From Candidatus Latescibacterota bacterium (GTDB lineage: Bacteria > Latescibacterota > UBA2968 > UBA8231), in contig OZ241889.1 in assembly GCA_965203355.1 (NCBI GenBank), positions 1,376,001 to 1,440,000 on the forward strand: 64,000 nucleotides of DNA, written 5' to 3'. Within the stretch, counting starts at the first letter, position 1. Each line of letters begins with the position of its first letter. The notes under the pieces were generated by a model, which saw only the letters and a list, made by a program, of their open reading frames with translations, had not been told where the DNA came from and did not search any database. The position numbers and the translations under genes are program-made. Below, piece after piece: positions 47,845-56,884 of the stretch.

Positions 47845-49086
47845 ATGAAGCGCATCCTACCCTTGTTGTTTGTGATAGGCACCATCGCCTGCTCAGAGAG
47901 CAACAGTACCCCCCCCCCCACGGCGCCATCTAGCAAGAGGCAGTCGGACGATTGCTCTCTATGTGACATGATGGATAAGTTCCGGGAGATGAAGCCCGAT
48001 CCCGAACCGGCAGCACCCGACACAACAGCCGAAGCCGATACGACACAAGCAGTAGCACCCGTAGAGGAGCCTACCCCCGTAGAACCTGCTTTTCCTGAAG
48101 GAGGTGACCTCAATGGGGATGGGGTGATGGACGATGAGGAAAGCCGAGAGATCGAGGCGTTCCAGCAAGCCTGCCGAGAGATCGCCACGGGCATAGTCTA
48201 TGCTATGCCGTCCCTAGTAGCCGGGGAGGGCCTCAATGTTGAGGGCCTGTCTATTCCATGGGACAGATGGTCTAGTCGCCAATCCAGAGCAGTAATAGAG
48301 TTTAATGGTTATGGGACCGCTGGCCTCGTAGGCCGCATCAATGTCTCAAGCAACCCGGCCCAAGCATGGTTTTACACCTCGCCCAGCGATCGAAGCACCC
48401 CCCGCTTTCTAATCGGAACATCCTTGCTAATCAGTGTGCAGGGACGTAGCGTGTCTATCGCCGGATCGTTTGCTGATGTGGGCAAGCCGGCCATGACGAA
48501 GATAGCTAGGCCGATCTTGCTGGTATTCAGCTACGCCCTGGAGACCGCTTTTGGTTCATGGAACGAGACGATACAGGGTGAGCACCGGGGGAGCATCAGT
48601 ATCAGTGGAACTAAGAGTAGCACTTGGTTCTTTGATGATTATGCTATGTCACCTCAAGGCGTAACAATACGTGGAAACATATCCACTGGGGATGTTAGCA
48701 CCAGAAGGTATCCTGTCGATGTGTGGGGTTCCCTTGAGGTTTTCCTGCCTGAGCATGTAGCACGAGGGAAGGTGGCTGTTGTCAGGACACCCCCCCCACC
48801 GGCTGAGCCCGTAATAGACTGGGCCAGTCTGCTGAGCACAGAGACCGTGCCGTCAACGATACAACCTATCACGTATGCTTCGGTCTATATCAATGCTAAC
48901 CTCTACAAGGGAGGACGCGCCGAGGGGACCATGCAGCTTAATAACGAAATAGAAATGAATGATGGTAGGTGGTATCAAGATCGGATCGAGTATGACATAG
49001 CCGACCTGGTAGCAATTCCAGAGCATCGGGCCGCCTTCTACTCGCTACCGATCACCACCCGAGAGCAACTCCTTAGCTCCCAATAG
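47845..49086 (+). CDS. Hypothetical lipoprotein with an EF-hand-like DLNGDGVMDDEE motif
   Basis: AAGGAG RBS, MKRILPLLFVIGTIAC lipobox, Pro-rich linkers, CSLC. Confidence 0.8.
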   Translation: MKRILPLLFVIGTIACSESNSTPPPTAPSSKRQSDDCSLCDMMDKFREMKPDPEPAAPDTTAEADTTQAVAPVEEPTPVEPAFPEGGDLNGDGVMDDEESREIEAFQQACREIATGIVYAMPSLVAGEGLNVEGLSIPWDRWSSRQSRAVIEFNGYGTAGLVGRINVSSNPAQAWFYTSPSDRSTPRFLIGTSLLISVQGRSVSIAGSFADVGKPAMTKIARPILLVFSYALETAFGSWNETIQGEHRGSISISGTKSSTWFFDDYAMSPQGVTIRGNISTGDVSTRRYPVDVWGSLEVFLPEHVARGKVAVVRTPPPPAEPVIDWASLLSTETVPSTIQPITYASVYINANLYKGGRAEGTMQLNNEIEMNDGRWYQDRIEYDIADLVAIPEHRAAFYSLPITTREQLLSSQ

Positions 49087-49107
49087 GATGCAACCCAAGC
49101 AATCACG

Positions 49108-49140
49108 GCGGCTCCGACAGTGTAGTCGGGGCCGCATTTT
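49108..49140 (+). terminator. Intrinsic terminator
   Basis: GCGGCTCCGAC-6nt-GTCGGGGCCGC followed by ATTTT. Confidence 0.7.
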
Positions 49141-49166
49141 CATCACTCCCTAACGAAGGAGACCTT

Positions 49167-49271
49167 ATGAACTGGCAAGACAAGTCGCTGTTCATCGGCG
49201 ACAACCTGCACGTGCTGCGCGGCATCAACAGCGAGAGCGTAGCCCTGGTGTACTTAGATCCCAACCGCTGA
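49167..49271 (+). pseudogene. N-terminal fragment of an N4/N6 DNA methyltransferase
   Basis: MNWQDKSLFIGDNLHVLRGINSESVALVYLDP, cut in the DPP(Y/F) motif at the insertion boundary. Confidence 0.75.
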
Positions 49272-50272
49272 TGGCAAAGCGCGACCTATACGCACCCTCG
49301 ACGGCGACGCTGTTGGGCGACAACGCGGATATTTACTTCCTCCGCAGTTGCGACATTCTAGCGGCCGAGCAGCTTAATCCGGTCGTGGCGATGGAGGTGT
49401 TTACTCGGCGGCGTGCGCTGCTTTGTGGCGTGCGCGAGGTGCAGGCCCTCTTGCGCGAGGTGCTCGGCGAGGAGGCGGAGGTGTGGAGTTTGGACGAAGG
49501 GGATTGGATCGAGCCGCGCGAAGTCGTATTGCGGATCCGCGCGCCCTACCGGCAGTTCGGCTTGTACGAGACAGCGCTGTTGGGGATGCTCAGCAGCGAG
49601 ACCGGGTGGGCCACGGCCGCGGCCGAGTGCGTGGCCGCAGCCGATGGGGTACCGATTGTCAGCTTCGGCGCTCGGCACATCCACCCGGAGGTCAGTGCCC
49701 GAATGGAATACGCAGCCATCGTCGGCGGATGCGTTGGATGCGCCACTCCGCATGGAGCCGCGCTCGCCGGGATTGAGGCAACTGGAACCATGCCCCACGC
49801 CCTGATCCTGTGCCTCGGCGACACGCTCAAGGCGGCAGAGGCATTCGACCGCCACGTCGCCCCCAGGGTCGAGCGGATCGCCTTGGTTGACACCTTTAGA
49901 GACGAAGCCGAAGAAAGCCTGCGGCTGGCAGAAGCGCTAGGAGAGAAGCTGTGGGGTGTGCGGCTGGACACGCCCGGCGAGCGCGGCCGCGTCACCGCCG
50001 AACTGGTCGCGGAGGTGCGGGCGCGGCTCGACCAAGCCGGGCATCGTCATGTAAAGATCGCGGTCTCCGGCGGCTTAGACGCCGAGCGCATCCGCTATTT
50101 CCGGGCGGCAAGAGCACCGGTAGATGCCTTTGGCGTCGGCAGCGCGATCAGCTCGGCCGCGGCGATAGATTTTACCGCGGACATCAAGGAGGTAGATGGC
50201 CGCCCCCTCGCCAAGCGGGGACGAATCCCGGGGCTTACTGAAAACCCCCGCCTCAAACGATTGGAACGCTAA
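49271..50272 (+). CDS. pncB: Nicotinate phosphoribosyltransferase (short type)
   Basis: ADIYF, SFGARH, GTMPHAL, LVDTF, GVRLDTP, VSGGL, FGVGS. Confidence 0.9.
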   Translation: MAKRDLYAPSTATLLGDNADIYFLRSCDILAAEQLNPVVAMEVFTRRRALLCGVREVQALLREVLGEEAEVWSLDEGDWIEPREVVLRIRAPYRQFGLYETALLGMLSSETGWATAAAECVAAADGVPIVSFGARHIHPEVSARMEYAAIVGGCVGCATPHGAALAGIEATGTMPHALILCLGDTLKAAEAFDRHVAPRVERIALVDTFRDEAEESLRLAEALGEKLWGVRLDTPGERGRVTAELVAEVRARLDQAGHRHVKIAVSGGLDAERIRYFRAARAPVDAFGVGSAISSAAAIDFTADIKEVDGRPLAKRGRIPGLTENPRLKRLER

Positions 50273-50284
50273 AAGGAGCATCTT

Positions 50285-51412
50285 ATGAGCAAATACGATT
50301 TTGGCAGTGGACGCACCGATCCCGGCTCGTTTCCCACGGAGGCGTTGGCGGCGGCGGCGAGTATGGCCGTGCGCGAGTTGGGCGCGGAGCTGGTGCGCTA
50401 TCCCGGCGATCTGGGCCATCAGGGCTTGCGCGAGGTCATGGCCATGCGCGAATCCAAGCGGGAGGGCCTAGACGTGTCCGCGGACCACATTGCGCTGATG
50501 AACGGCTCCATGCAGGCGGTTACGCTGGTAGCCGAGGCGCTGATGGAAGGGCCAGGGGATGTGATCGTCACCGAGGAACTGACGTATGCTGGGACGATTG
50601 GCGCGTACAAGCGGTTGGGGGCTGAGTTGGTCGGGGTGCCGCTCGACGAGCAGGGTATGCGCGTTGATGTGCTGGCCGACGTTTTGGCCGATTTGCGCCG
50701 CAAGGGGGTCCGGCCGCGTTTTATTTATACCTTGGCGACCTACCAGAATCCCACCGGTTCGGTCATGCCGAGACAGCGCCGCCTCGAACTGCTCGAAGTA
50801 GCGCGCTACTATGATACCATTGTGGTGGAAGACAACTGCTACGGCGACGTGCATTTTGAAGGGCTGGAAGAGCCGGCCCTCTACGCGCTCGACGACAGCC
50901 CCAATGTCCTGTATATCGGCTCGCTGTCCAAAATTTTGGGTCCCGGCGTGCGGTTGGGCTATCTGTTGGCCCGGCCGCCCATGCTGGGGCGAGTCCTCGA
51001 CCGCCGCTACGACGGGGGCAATAGCTTGCTGGTGGCCGCTAGCTGCGCGGCCCTGTTCCGCGACCGGCTGTGGCAGCACGTGGCCGCAACCAACGCCATC
51101 CTCAAGGAAAAGCGCGATGCCGTTTTCGCCGGCCTTGAAGAGCATGCGGGCGATCTGTGTACGTGGTCGCGGCCCGTGGGCGGCATGTTTACCTGGATCG
51201 AGTTCCCCGAAGAGGTGGATCGCAGTCGCCTGATGGCCTTGTGTGCCGAGCGCGGCATTGTGGTGGCGCGGGGGCAGGGCTTCCACATCCGGCGCGAGGA
51301 CGTGCCAGCCATCCGCCTCGCCTTTGGCTTTGCCTCGCTGGAAGCCATCCGCGAAGGCGTGCCCCTGTTGGCCGAGTGCATCCATCAGGCGCGGACCCCC
51401 GTGATGGTCTGA
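50285..51412 (+). CDS. PLP-dependent aminotransferase class I/II
   Basis: YQNPTG, VEDNCY, GSLSKILGPGVRLG, GGMFTW, IRLAF. Confidence 0.9.
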   Translation: MSKYDFGSGRTDPGSFPTEALAAAASMAVRELGAELVRYPGDLGHQGLREVMAMRESKREGLDVSADHIALMNGSMQAVTLVAEALMEGPGDVIVTEELTYAGTIGAYKRLGAELVGVPLDEQGMRVDVLADVLADLRRKGVRPRFIYTLATYQNPTGSVMPRQRRLELLEVARYYDTIVVEDNCYGDVHFEGLEEPALYALDDSPNVLYIGSLSKILGPGVRLGYLLARPPMLGRVLDRRYDGGNSLLVAASCAALFRDRLWQHVAATNAILKEKRDAVFAGLEEHAGDLCTWSRPVGGMFTWIEFPEEVDRSRLMALCAERGIVVARGQGFHIRREDVPAIRLAFGFASLEAIREGVPLLAECIHQARTPVMV

Positions 51413-53328
51413 TGGGCCTGCCCGCAATCGCCTTGGTGCAGATGGAGGTCAAGCCCGGGCGACCCGACCTGAATGCGGAGCGGATGCTGGCTTTTATCGC
51501 GCAGGCGCGAGAGGCCGGTGCTGAGATCGTGGTGTTTTCCGAGTTGTGCATCAGCGGCTATATCCTCGGCGACTTGTGGGAACTGGACGCTTACGTCGAG
51601 GATTTTGCCGCGTACAGCGACGATATTTGCCGGGCCAGTGCCGGGTTGACCGTAGTTTTTGGCAATGTGGCCGTGGATCCCGTTCACAAGGGAGAGGATG
51701 GGCGGCGGCGCAAGTACAATGCCGTCTATGTGTGTGCCAACGGCGAATACATGGTGCGTGCCGCCGCACCGGCCGGGCTGCCCTGCGGCGTCCACCCCAA
51801 GACCCTGCATCCCAATTACCGATTTTTTGACGACGACCGGCACTTCTTCTCGCTGCGCCATCTGGCCGCGGCCGAGGGCCGGCCGCTGGAGGACTGGCTA
51901 CATCCGTATCAGGTGCGGCTCAAGGACGGTCGGCCCTTTAGCTTTGGCGTGCAACTGTGCGAGGACATGTGGTGCGAAGACTATTGCCACCGCGGCCAGC
52001 CACTCGACACGCTCGCGCTATATCGCGGCCGTGGTGCTGAGGCCGTGTTCAACCTCTCGTCCTCGCCCTTTACTTGGCAGAAAAGCGACAAGCGCAACCG
52101 CGTGGTGCGCCAGATATTGGCGCGCTCGCCCCTGCCGTTCTTCTATGTCAACCAAGTCGGGGCGCAAAACAACGGCAAAAACATCATTGTGTTCGATGGC
52201 GACAGCACCGCGTACGTGGCCAGTGGGACCATTGCGTGCCGTGCGCGTCCGTGGCGGGAACAGCTCGTGCTCACGGGCCGCGGCGAGGTTGCACCGCTCC
52301 AAAGCGAGGTTGAAGCTCAGTACGCGGGTATCCTCACCGGGCTGCGGCACTTGGACGATGTGCGCGGCGCGGCGAGCAAGTTCCTGATTGCAACGAGCGG
52401 CGGCGTGGACTCCAGCGTGGTTTGCTGTCTGCTGGAACGCGCCTTTGGCCCGGAGCGCGTGTTTGCGGTCAACATGCCGACGCGCTTCAACGCCGCCGTT
52501 ACCCAAGACAATGCTCGCTCGCTGTGCGCCGCGCTAGGGGTCGATTACCTCTGCTGCCCAATTGAATCGCTGTACGAGGCTGTCGCCGCGCTCGTACAGG
52601 GGGCGGAATTTTCCGTGGGCCCGGGCGAGTACACTCGGTTGGTGGATGAGAACGTACAGGCGCGCATCCGCTTTGCCGATGTGCTCTCTGGCTTAGCGGC
52701 CAAGTATGGACTCGTGTTTACGTGCAATGGCAACAAGACCGAGGTCGCCTTGGGCTATGCCACGCTCTACGGGGATGTCAGCGGCGCGGTGGCCCCGATT
52801 GCCGACCTGTACAAGGTGCAAGTCTTTGCGTTGGCGCGCTTTCTCAACGAGGAAGTCTATGGTCGCGCCGTGGTGCCAGAGAACTTGCTCGATGGCTCGG
52901 TGGTGCCCAGCGCCGAGCTGTCTGAGGCCCAAGACGTGACGCAGGGCTTGGGCGACCCGATCAAATACGGATACCACGACGCCGTACTGCGGCAGTTTAT
53001 CGAATACCGGCGGCACAGCAGCGATTTGTTGCAGTGGTTTATCGAGGGCGTGTTGCTCAGGCGGTTGGCATGGGACGACGCGGAGTGCTTTCGCGCGTAC
53101 TTCCCAGATGCGCGCAGTTGGGTCGAAGATCTCGAATGGGTGGAGCGTCAGGTGCGGATCAATTACTTCAAGCGGATTCAAGCGCCGCCGATTATCGTTT
53201 TGAGCAAGCGCGCCTTTGGCTTTGATTTGCGCGAGACCCAGCAGCCCCGGTACGCGCCGCGCCGCTATGCCGAGTTAAAGGCCGCGGCCCTGAAGGTGCA
53301 AATAAATAAAATAGTGGCGCGCGGCTAG
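51412..53328 (+). CDS. nadE: Glutamine-dependent NAD+ synthetase
   Basis: Nitrilase domain (FSEL, K, LCEDMW) plus SGGVDS, ENVQARIR, GNKTE, GYATLYGD, PSAEL. Confidence 0.94.
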   Translation: MGLPAIALVQMEVKPGRPDLNAERMLAFIAQAREAGAEIVVFSELCISGYILGDLWELDAYVEDFAAYSDDICRASAGLTVVFGNVAVDPVHKGEDGRRRKYNAVYVCANGEYMVRAAAPAGLPCGVHPKTLHPNYRFFDDDRHFFSLRHLAAAEGRPLEDWLHPYQVRLKDGRPFSFGVQLCEDMWCEDYCHRGQPLDTLALYRGRGAEAVFNLSSSPFTWQKSDKRNRVVRQILARSPLPFFYVNQVGAQNNGKNIIVFDGDSTAYVASGTIACRARPWREQLVLTGRGEVAPLQSEVEAQYAGILTGLRHLDDVRGAASKFLIATSGGVDSSVVCCLLERAFGPERVFAVNMPTRFNAAVTQDNARSLCAALGVDYLCCPIESLYEAVAALVQGAEFSVGPGEYTRLVDENVQARIRFADVLSGLAAKYGLVFTCNGNKTEVALGYATLYGDVSGAVAPIADLYKVQVFALARFLNEEVYGRAVVPENLLDGSVVPSAELSEAQDVTQGLGDPIKYGYHDAVLRQFIEYRRHSSDLLQWFIEGVLLRRLAWDDAECFRAYFPDARSWVEDLEWVERQVRINYFKRIQAPPIIVLSKRAFGFDLRETQQPRYAPRRYAELKAAALKVQINKIVARG

Positions 53329-53439
53329 TTCCCGGCCTTGGGGCTGGCCACCAACCACTATCCACCCTTTTTCTCGTAGCCTTCATCGCCGCGTCTTTAG
53401 GCGAAAGCGCAACGGCAGTTTTCAAAGGAGACTTTTTCT

Positions 53440-55047
53440 ATGGCCGATCCGGTCCTGCTCACCGACGAGCAAATGCGCGAGTTTATCGTCAATGGTTATC
53501 TGGCCTTTGAGCCGACCGTGCCCGCGGGGACGCACGAAGCGTGCTATGAGCGGCTCAACCAAATCATCGACTCCGAGCCAAACCCGGGCAACAACATCCT
53601 GCCGCGCGTACCGGCCATGCGCCACGTGCTCAACTCGCCCGAGGTGCGCGGCGCACTCATCAGCGTCTTAGGCCCGAACTATTTGGAGCATCCGCACCGC
53701 TACTGCCACCCCCTCAAGCCGGTGGAGGAATCCGTGCCGGCGGCCGAGGCCGAAGCAAGGCTGCGTCGCAACTGCCATCAGGATGGGTACACGCCGATGG
53801 GCCATCCGCGCCAGCACTATCTGCGCTATGCGCGGATCATGTACTATCCGCAGGATTCGCCGGTTGAGTTGGGGCCGACGCACGTGATTCCGGGCACGCA
53901 GTTCAATCGCGGATTGACCGACGAAGACCGGGTGCGCGCCATGCCATTGGCCGGTCGGGCCGGTACGGTGTCGCTGACGCATTTCGACGTGGGCCACGCC
54001 GCCGGCGTCAGCTTGCTGCCGCGGCATCGGCACATGATCAAGTTCATCTACATGCGGGCCTCCGAGCCGACGGCACCGACTTGGGGCTGCAAAAGCAGAC
54101 ACTGGCAGAAGCCCCAACGCATTGAGGTGCCCTACGATCTGGAACTGGCTTGGGCGCACACGTGGGACTGGCTGTGCGGCGAGCGGAATCGCTACGCTAG
54201 CTGGCCACAGGCCACAGGGGATGTGCCAGCGCTTATCGCTCAGCTCGATCCAGCGGAGGGCTTGGCGCAGCGGTTGGCGGCAGCCCAGCAGTTGGCTGGA
54301 TTTGGCGTTGATGCGGCGGCCGCTGTGCCAATACTCGTCAAGTGCTTGGGTGCGGATCACCAAGCCATGCGGACGGCCGCGACCTATGCGCTGGGTGCAA
54401 TCGGCGAGCCAGCGGTCGCGCCACTGGCCCAAGCGTTGTGCGCCGCTGGTCGCGAGGCCGACCAACACGAGGTCCCGCCCGCTTGGAACGAGGGAGCGAC
54501 TCATATGGAGGACGCGGCGCAGGCACTGGCGGCGGTTGGCGAACCTGCGGTCGAGGCGCTTTGTGCGCTGTTGGCGGACGAAAGCGAGTGGACTCGAGTC
54601 AACGCCGCCTTTGCGCTCGGCGAAATGGATTCGCACGCGGCGGCCGCCGTCCCAGCGCTGACGCGGAGCCTCGAAGATGGTTCGCATCGCTTGGTGCGCA
54701 CGGCTCTCGTCGCGCTGGGCTATATCGCGCAAGGCGTACCAGTGCAAGCCTTGGGGCGCATGCTCTCGGCCGATCACCCAGACTGGCAGGCGGAAGCCGT
54801 CCGCCGCTGGGTGCCGCGCGATCAGGTGCGGACCAACGCCGCGATAGCGTGCGCCCAGCTCGGCCAAGCCGCCGCTCCGTTAGAACCCCAACTCTTAAGG
54901 GCCCTCGATGATTCCTGCGGGCACGTAGGCGCGTTCGCGCTTCGTGCCCTGCAACAGATTGGCTCGCCTACCGCTAGGCAGGCTGTGCTGGATTACCTGT
55001 ACTCACAGCGTTGGGATGCCGCTATTGACGGGGAGCGGCAGTTTTGA
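53440..55047 (+). CDS. PhyH-like Fe(II)/2OG dioxygenase domain fused to HEAT repeats
   Basis: LTDEQMREFIVNGYL, HQD, YYPQD, GPTHVIPGT, H; R..AAxALG repeats. Confidence 0.85.
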   Translation: MADPVLLTDEQMREFIVNGYLAFEPTVPAGTHEACYERLNQIIDSEPNPGNNILPRVPAMRHVLNSPEVRGALISVLGPNYLEHPHRYCHPLKPVEESVPAAEAEARLRRNCHQDGYTPMGHPRQHYLRYARIMYYPQDSPVELGPTHVIPGTQFNRGLTDEDRVRAMPLAGRAGTVSLTHFDVGHAAGVSLLPRHRHMIKFIYMRASEPTAPTWGCKSRHWQKPQRIEVPYDLELAWAHTWDWLCGERNRYASWPQATGDVPALIAQLDPAEGLAQRLAAAQQLAGFGVDAAAAVPILVKCLGADHQAMRTAATYALGAIGEPAVAPLAQALCAAGREADQHEVPPAWNEGATHMEDAAQALAAVGEPAVEALCALLADESEWTRVNAAFALGEMDSHAAAAVPALTRSLEDGSHRLVRTALVALGYIAQGVPVQALGRMLSADHPDWQAEAVRRWVPRDQVRTNAAIACAQLGQAAAPLEPQLLRALDDSCGHVGAFALRALQQIGSPTARQAVLDYLYSQRWDAAIDGERQF

Positions 55048-55172
55048 GGGGATTGTGGAACGACGCGGAGGCTATTGGGCTCGCCACCGCAATGAGGTCG
55101 AAAAGCCTTGACGTGGCTAGCGGGACTTCTACCTTGAAATAATAGGCCAATACCTAAACGACCTCGGACTCA

Positions 55173-55844
55173 ATGCAGATGAAAAGTGAAGGTTCCAGCC
55201 CAGCTCGTCCCTATCTGCTCCATTTTGTTACAGTCGAAATTTTTGCGAACTATCACAACCCTTTGGCCTTTACCCCGGACTTTCTCGCCGCCAAGCAAAT
55301 TGTCCCTGCTGACTGGATTATCAAGAGTGCAAGGACTTCTTTGGCAGAGTCGGTTTTGCAATATGGGAATGGCGTTCAATGGAGAATGGAGCCTGAAAGG
55401 CTCCAGATAGGTCAATACATCGGCGGTCCCTTTCAAGAGGACTATCCGATCTATAAGCCGGCTGAAGCCTATTTGTCGAACGTCTCTGTCCCATATCGAA
55501 CGCTAAGACTTTGCTACAGTGCTTCCATTAAGCAGAAAAATCCGACTTTGTGGATTGCCCAACGATTCTTGCCTTCTTGGCTGGGAGATGAATCCGAACC
55601 TAAAGTATTCGCTGCGATTCCAACGTTGTTCTTCGAGGCCGTTGATGCGCTGTGCCAAACAGAGATTCGAGTTGGAGAATACAGAGACCCAACTGGAGAA
55701 TCTAAACCTGAAGAGTTGGTTGTCGTCAACGGCACCTTTGAATATGGTGAGCCGATGGATGCCTCGACTCTTCGAGAAGCCGTCAACCATTGGCCAGAAA
55801 AGCAGATGTTCTTCATTTCCTTACTAGAGAGGCTTTTGAAATGA
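55173..55844 (+). CDS. Hypothetical protein (TIGR04255-like), gene 1 of a lower-GC trio
   Basis: HNPLAFTPDFL...IVP.DW, YL..V..PYR.L pattern; ATGA-coupled to the next gene. Confidence 0.6.
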   Translation: MQMKSEGSSPARPYLLHFVTVEIFANYHNPLAFTPDFLAAKQIVPADWIIKSARTSLAESVLQYGNGVQWRMEPERLQIGQYIGGPFQEDYPIYKPAEAYLSNVSVPYRTLRLCYSASIKQKNPTLWIAQRFLPSWLGDESEPKVFAAIPTLFFEAVDALCQTEIRVGEYRDPTGESKPEELVVVNGTFEYGEPMDASTLREAVNHWPEKQMFFISLLERLLK

Positions 55845-56383
55845 CTGAGAACGTCAAAAAAATTCCAACTTCGATCTTTCCTCCCCAGCAGGAGGGGCCG
55901 TCCAACTTTGATACAGATTGCTCTATACGGGAACCGTTCGGCCTGCCCTTAGAGAGTGCCAATCGCCCGTCGGGCCTAAGTGTTCCTGTCTTTGTCGTAA
56001 AATTTATAAGACTCACTAACAGGCAAGCCATTGACAAAATTGTAGATGAAGCTGAAGAAAGGATATTAGCTCTTGAAGAGGATTGGGATGGGCAGGGGTC
56101 GCCGGCTTTTGAACAACAAATACTCGATGCTATTCGCAATTTCCTCTTCGAGCTGATCGACGAGTCTGAATTGAGCGTGGTAAAGCAGGTATGGATAGTT
56201 CCATTTAGCGGCGGCAGCATAGATTTACAGTGGCAGACAGAGCGTTTCGACCTTTTAATCAACTTCTGTGATGATGGTAATGTAACTTACTACGGAAAGG
56301 ACCTGTACGGGCATTCCATCCGTGGAGATAGTCGTCCTAAACCGGGGTATATCTCTTGCTGGATGAGCCATGCAAACCGGTAA
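55841..56383 (+). CDS. Hypothetical protein with an LEEDWDGQGS motif, gene 2 of the trio
   Basis: ILALEEDWDGQGSPAF...IVPFSGGSIDLQW; disordered-looking N-terminus. Confidence 0.65.
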   Translation: MTENVKKIPTSIFPPQQEGPSNFDTDCSIREPFGLPLESANRPSGLSVPVFVVKFIRLTNRQAIDKIVDEAEERILALEEDWDGQGSPAFEQQILDAIRNFLFELIDESELSVVKQVWIVPFSGGSIDLQWQTERFDLLINFCDDGNVTYYGKDLYGHSIRGDSRPKPGYISCWMSHANR

Positions 56384-56774
56384 CTACGGTATAGAAGAAA
56401 TCCCCGATACAGCTCGGTTATACTATCGCGTCCATAAAAATATATACCTAGCCACAGTGAAGGCCGCAGGGATTCCCCAAGGCAAGTTGCCCGGCGGCGT
56501 GTTCAGGTTCCAAGGTGGTGACCTGTCTGTTGATTGGTCAAAGTATGCCAAACCAGAGGAAACTAAGAATCGAGCTAAGGTGCCCGGGGATAATGGTATA
56601 GTTGATTTTACGGCGTCTCCCATACGAGCTGATGGCCACAAAATAGAACATACTCCTGAGCCTGATAATCGCGCCCATAGTTCTGTATCCGGTGACGAAA
56701 CCGCAATTCGGCTCATCTTAAGTAAGGAAGCTAAATGGGTCCCCGAACTGGGGCCAGAGACCTTTGAGGGCTAG
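56370..56774 (+). CDS. Hypothetical protein, possible ADP-ribosyltransferase/RES-like toxin, gene 3 of the trio
   Basis: LYYRVH, F...DLSVDW, HTP..DNRAHSSV motif spacing. Confidence 0.55.
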   Translation: MQTGNYGIEEIPDTARLYYRVHKNIYLATVKAAGIPQGKLPGGVFRFQGGDLSVDWSKYAKPEETKNRAKVPGDNGIVDFTASPIRADGHKIEHTPEPDNRAHSSVSGDETAIRLILSKEAKWVPELGPETFEG

Positions 56775-56884
56775 TATTTTGGAATGGGCATTGGTGCCCC
56801 ATGTTGGTTGCTATGCCCTATCGTAAGAAGCCCGTCTTGCCCGAGGCCAAACTATCCTTGGCGCATAGACAACGCGTACGTCGC

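Larger units (their letters stand above)
47254..49269 (+). mobile_element. 2.0-kb lower-GC insertion between pncA and pncB with a 7-bp direct repeat
   Basis: AACCGCT at 47247-47253 and 49263-49269; removal gives pncA ...AAC CGC TGA overlapping the pncB ATG. Confidence 0.7.

Noticed and set aside
47254-49269. Integron cassette array
   Set aside because: No intI and no complete attC (RYYYAAC...GTTRRRY hairpin) found; kept only as a motif observation
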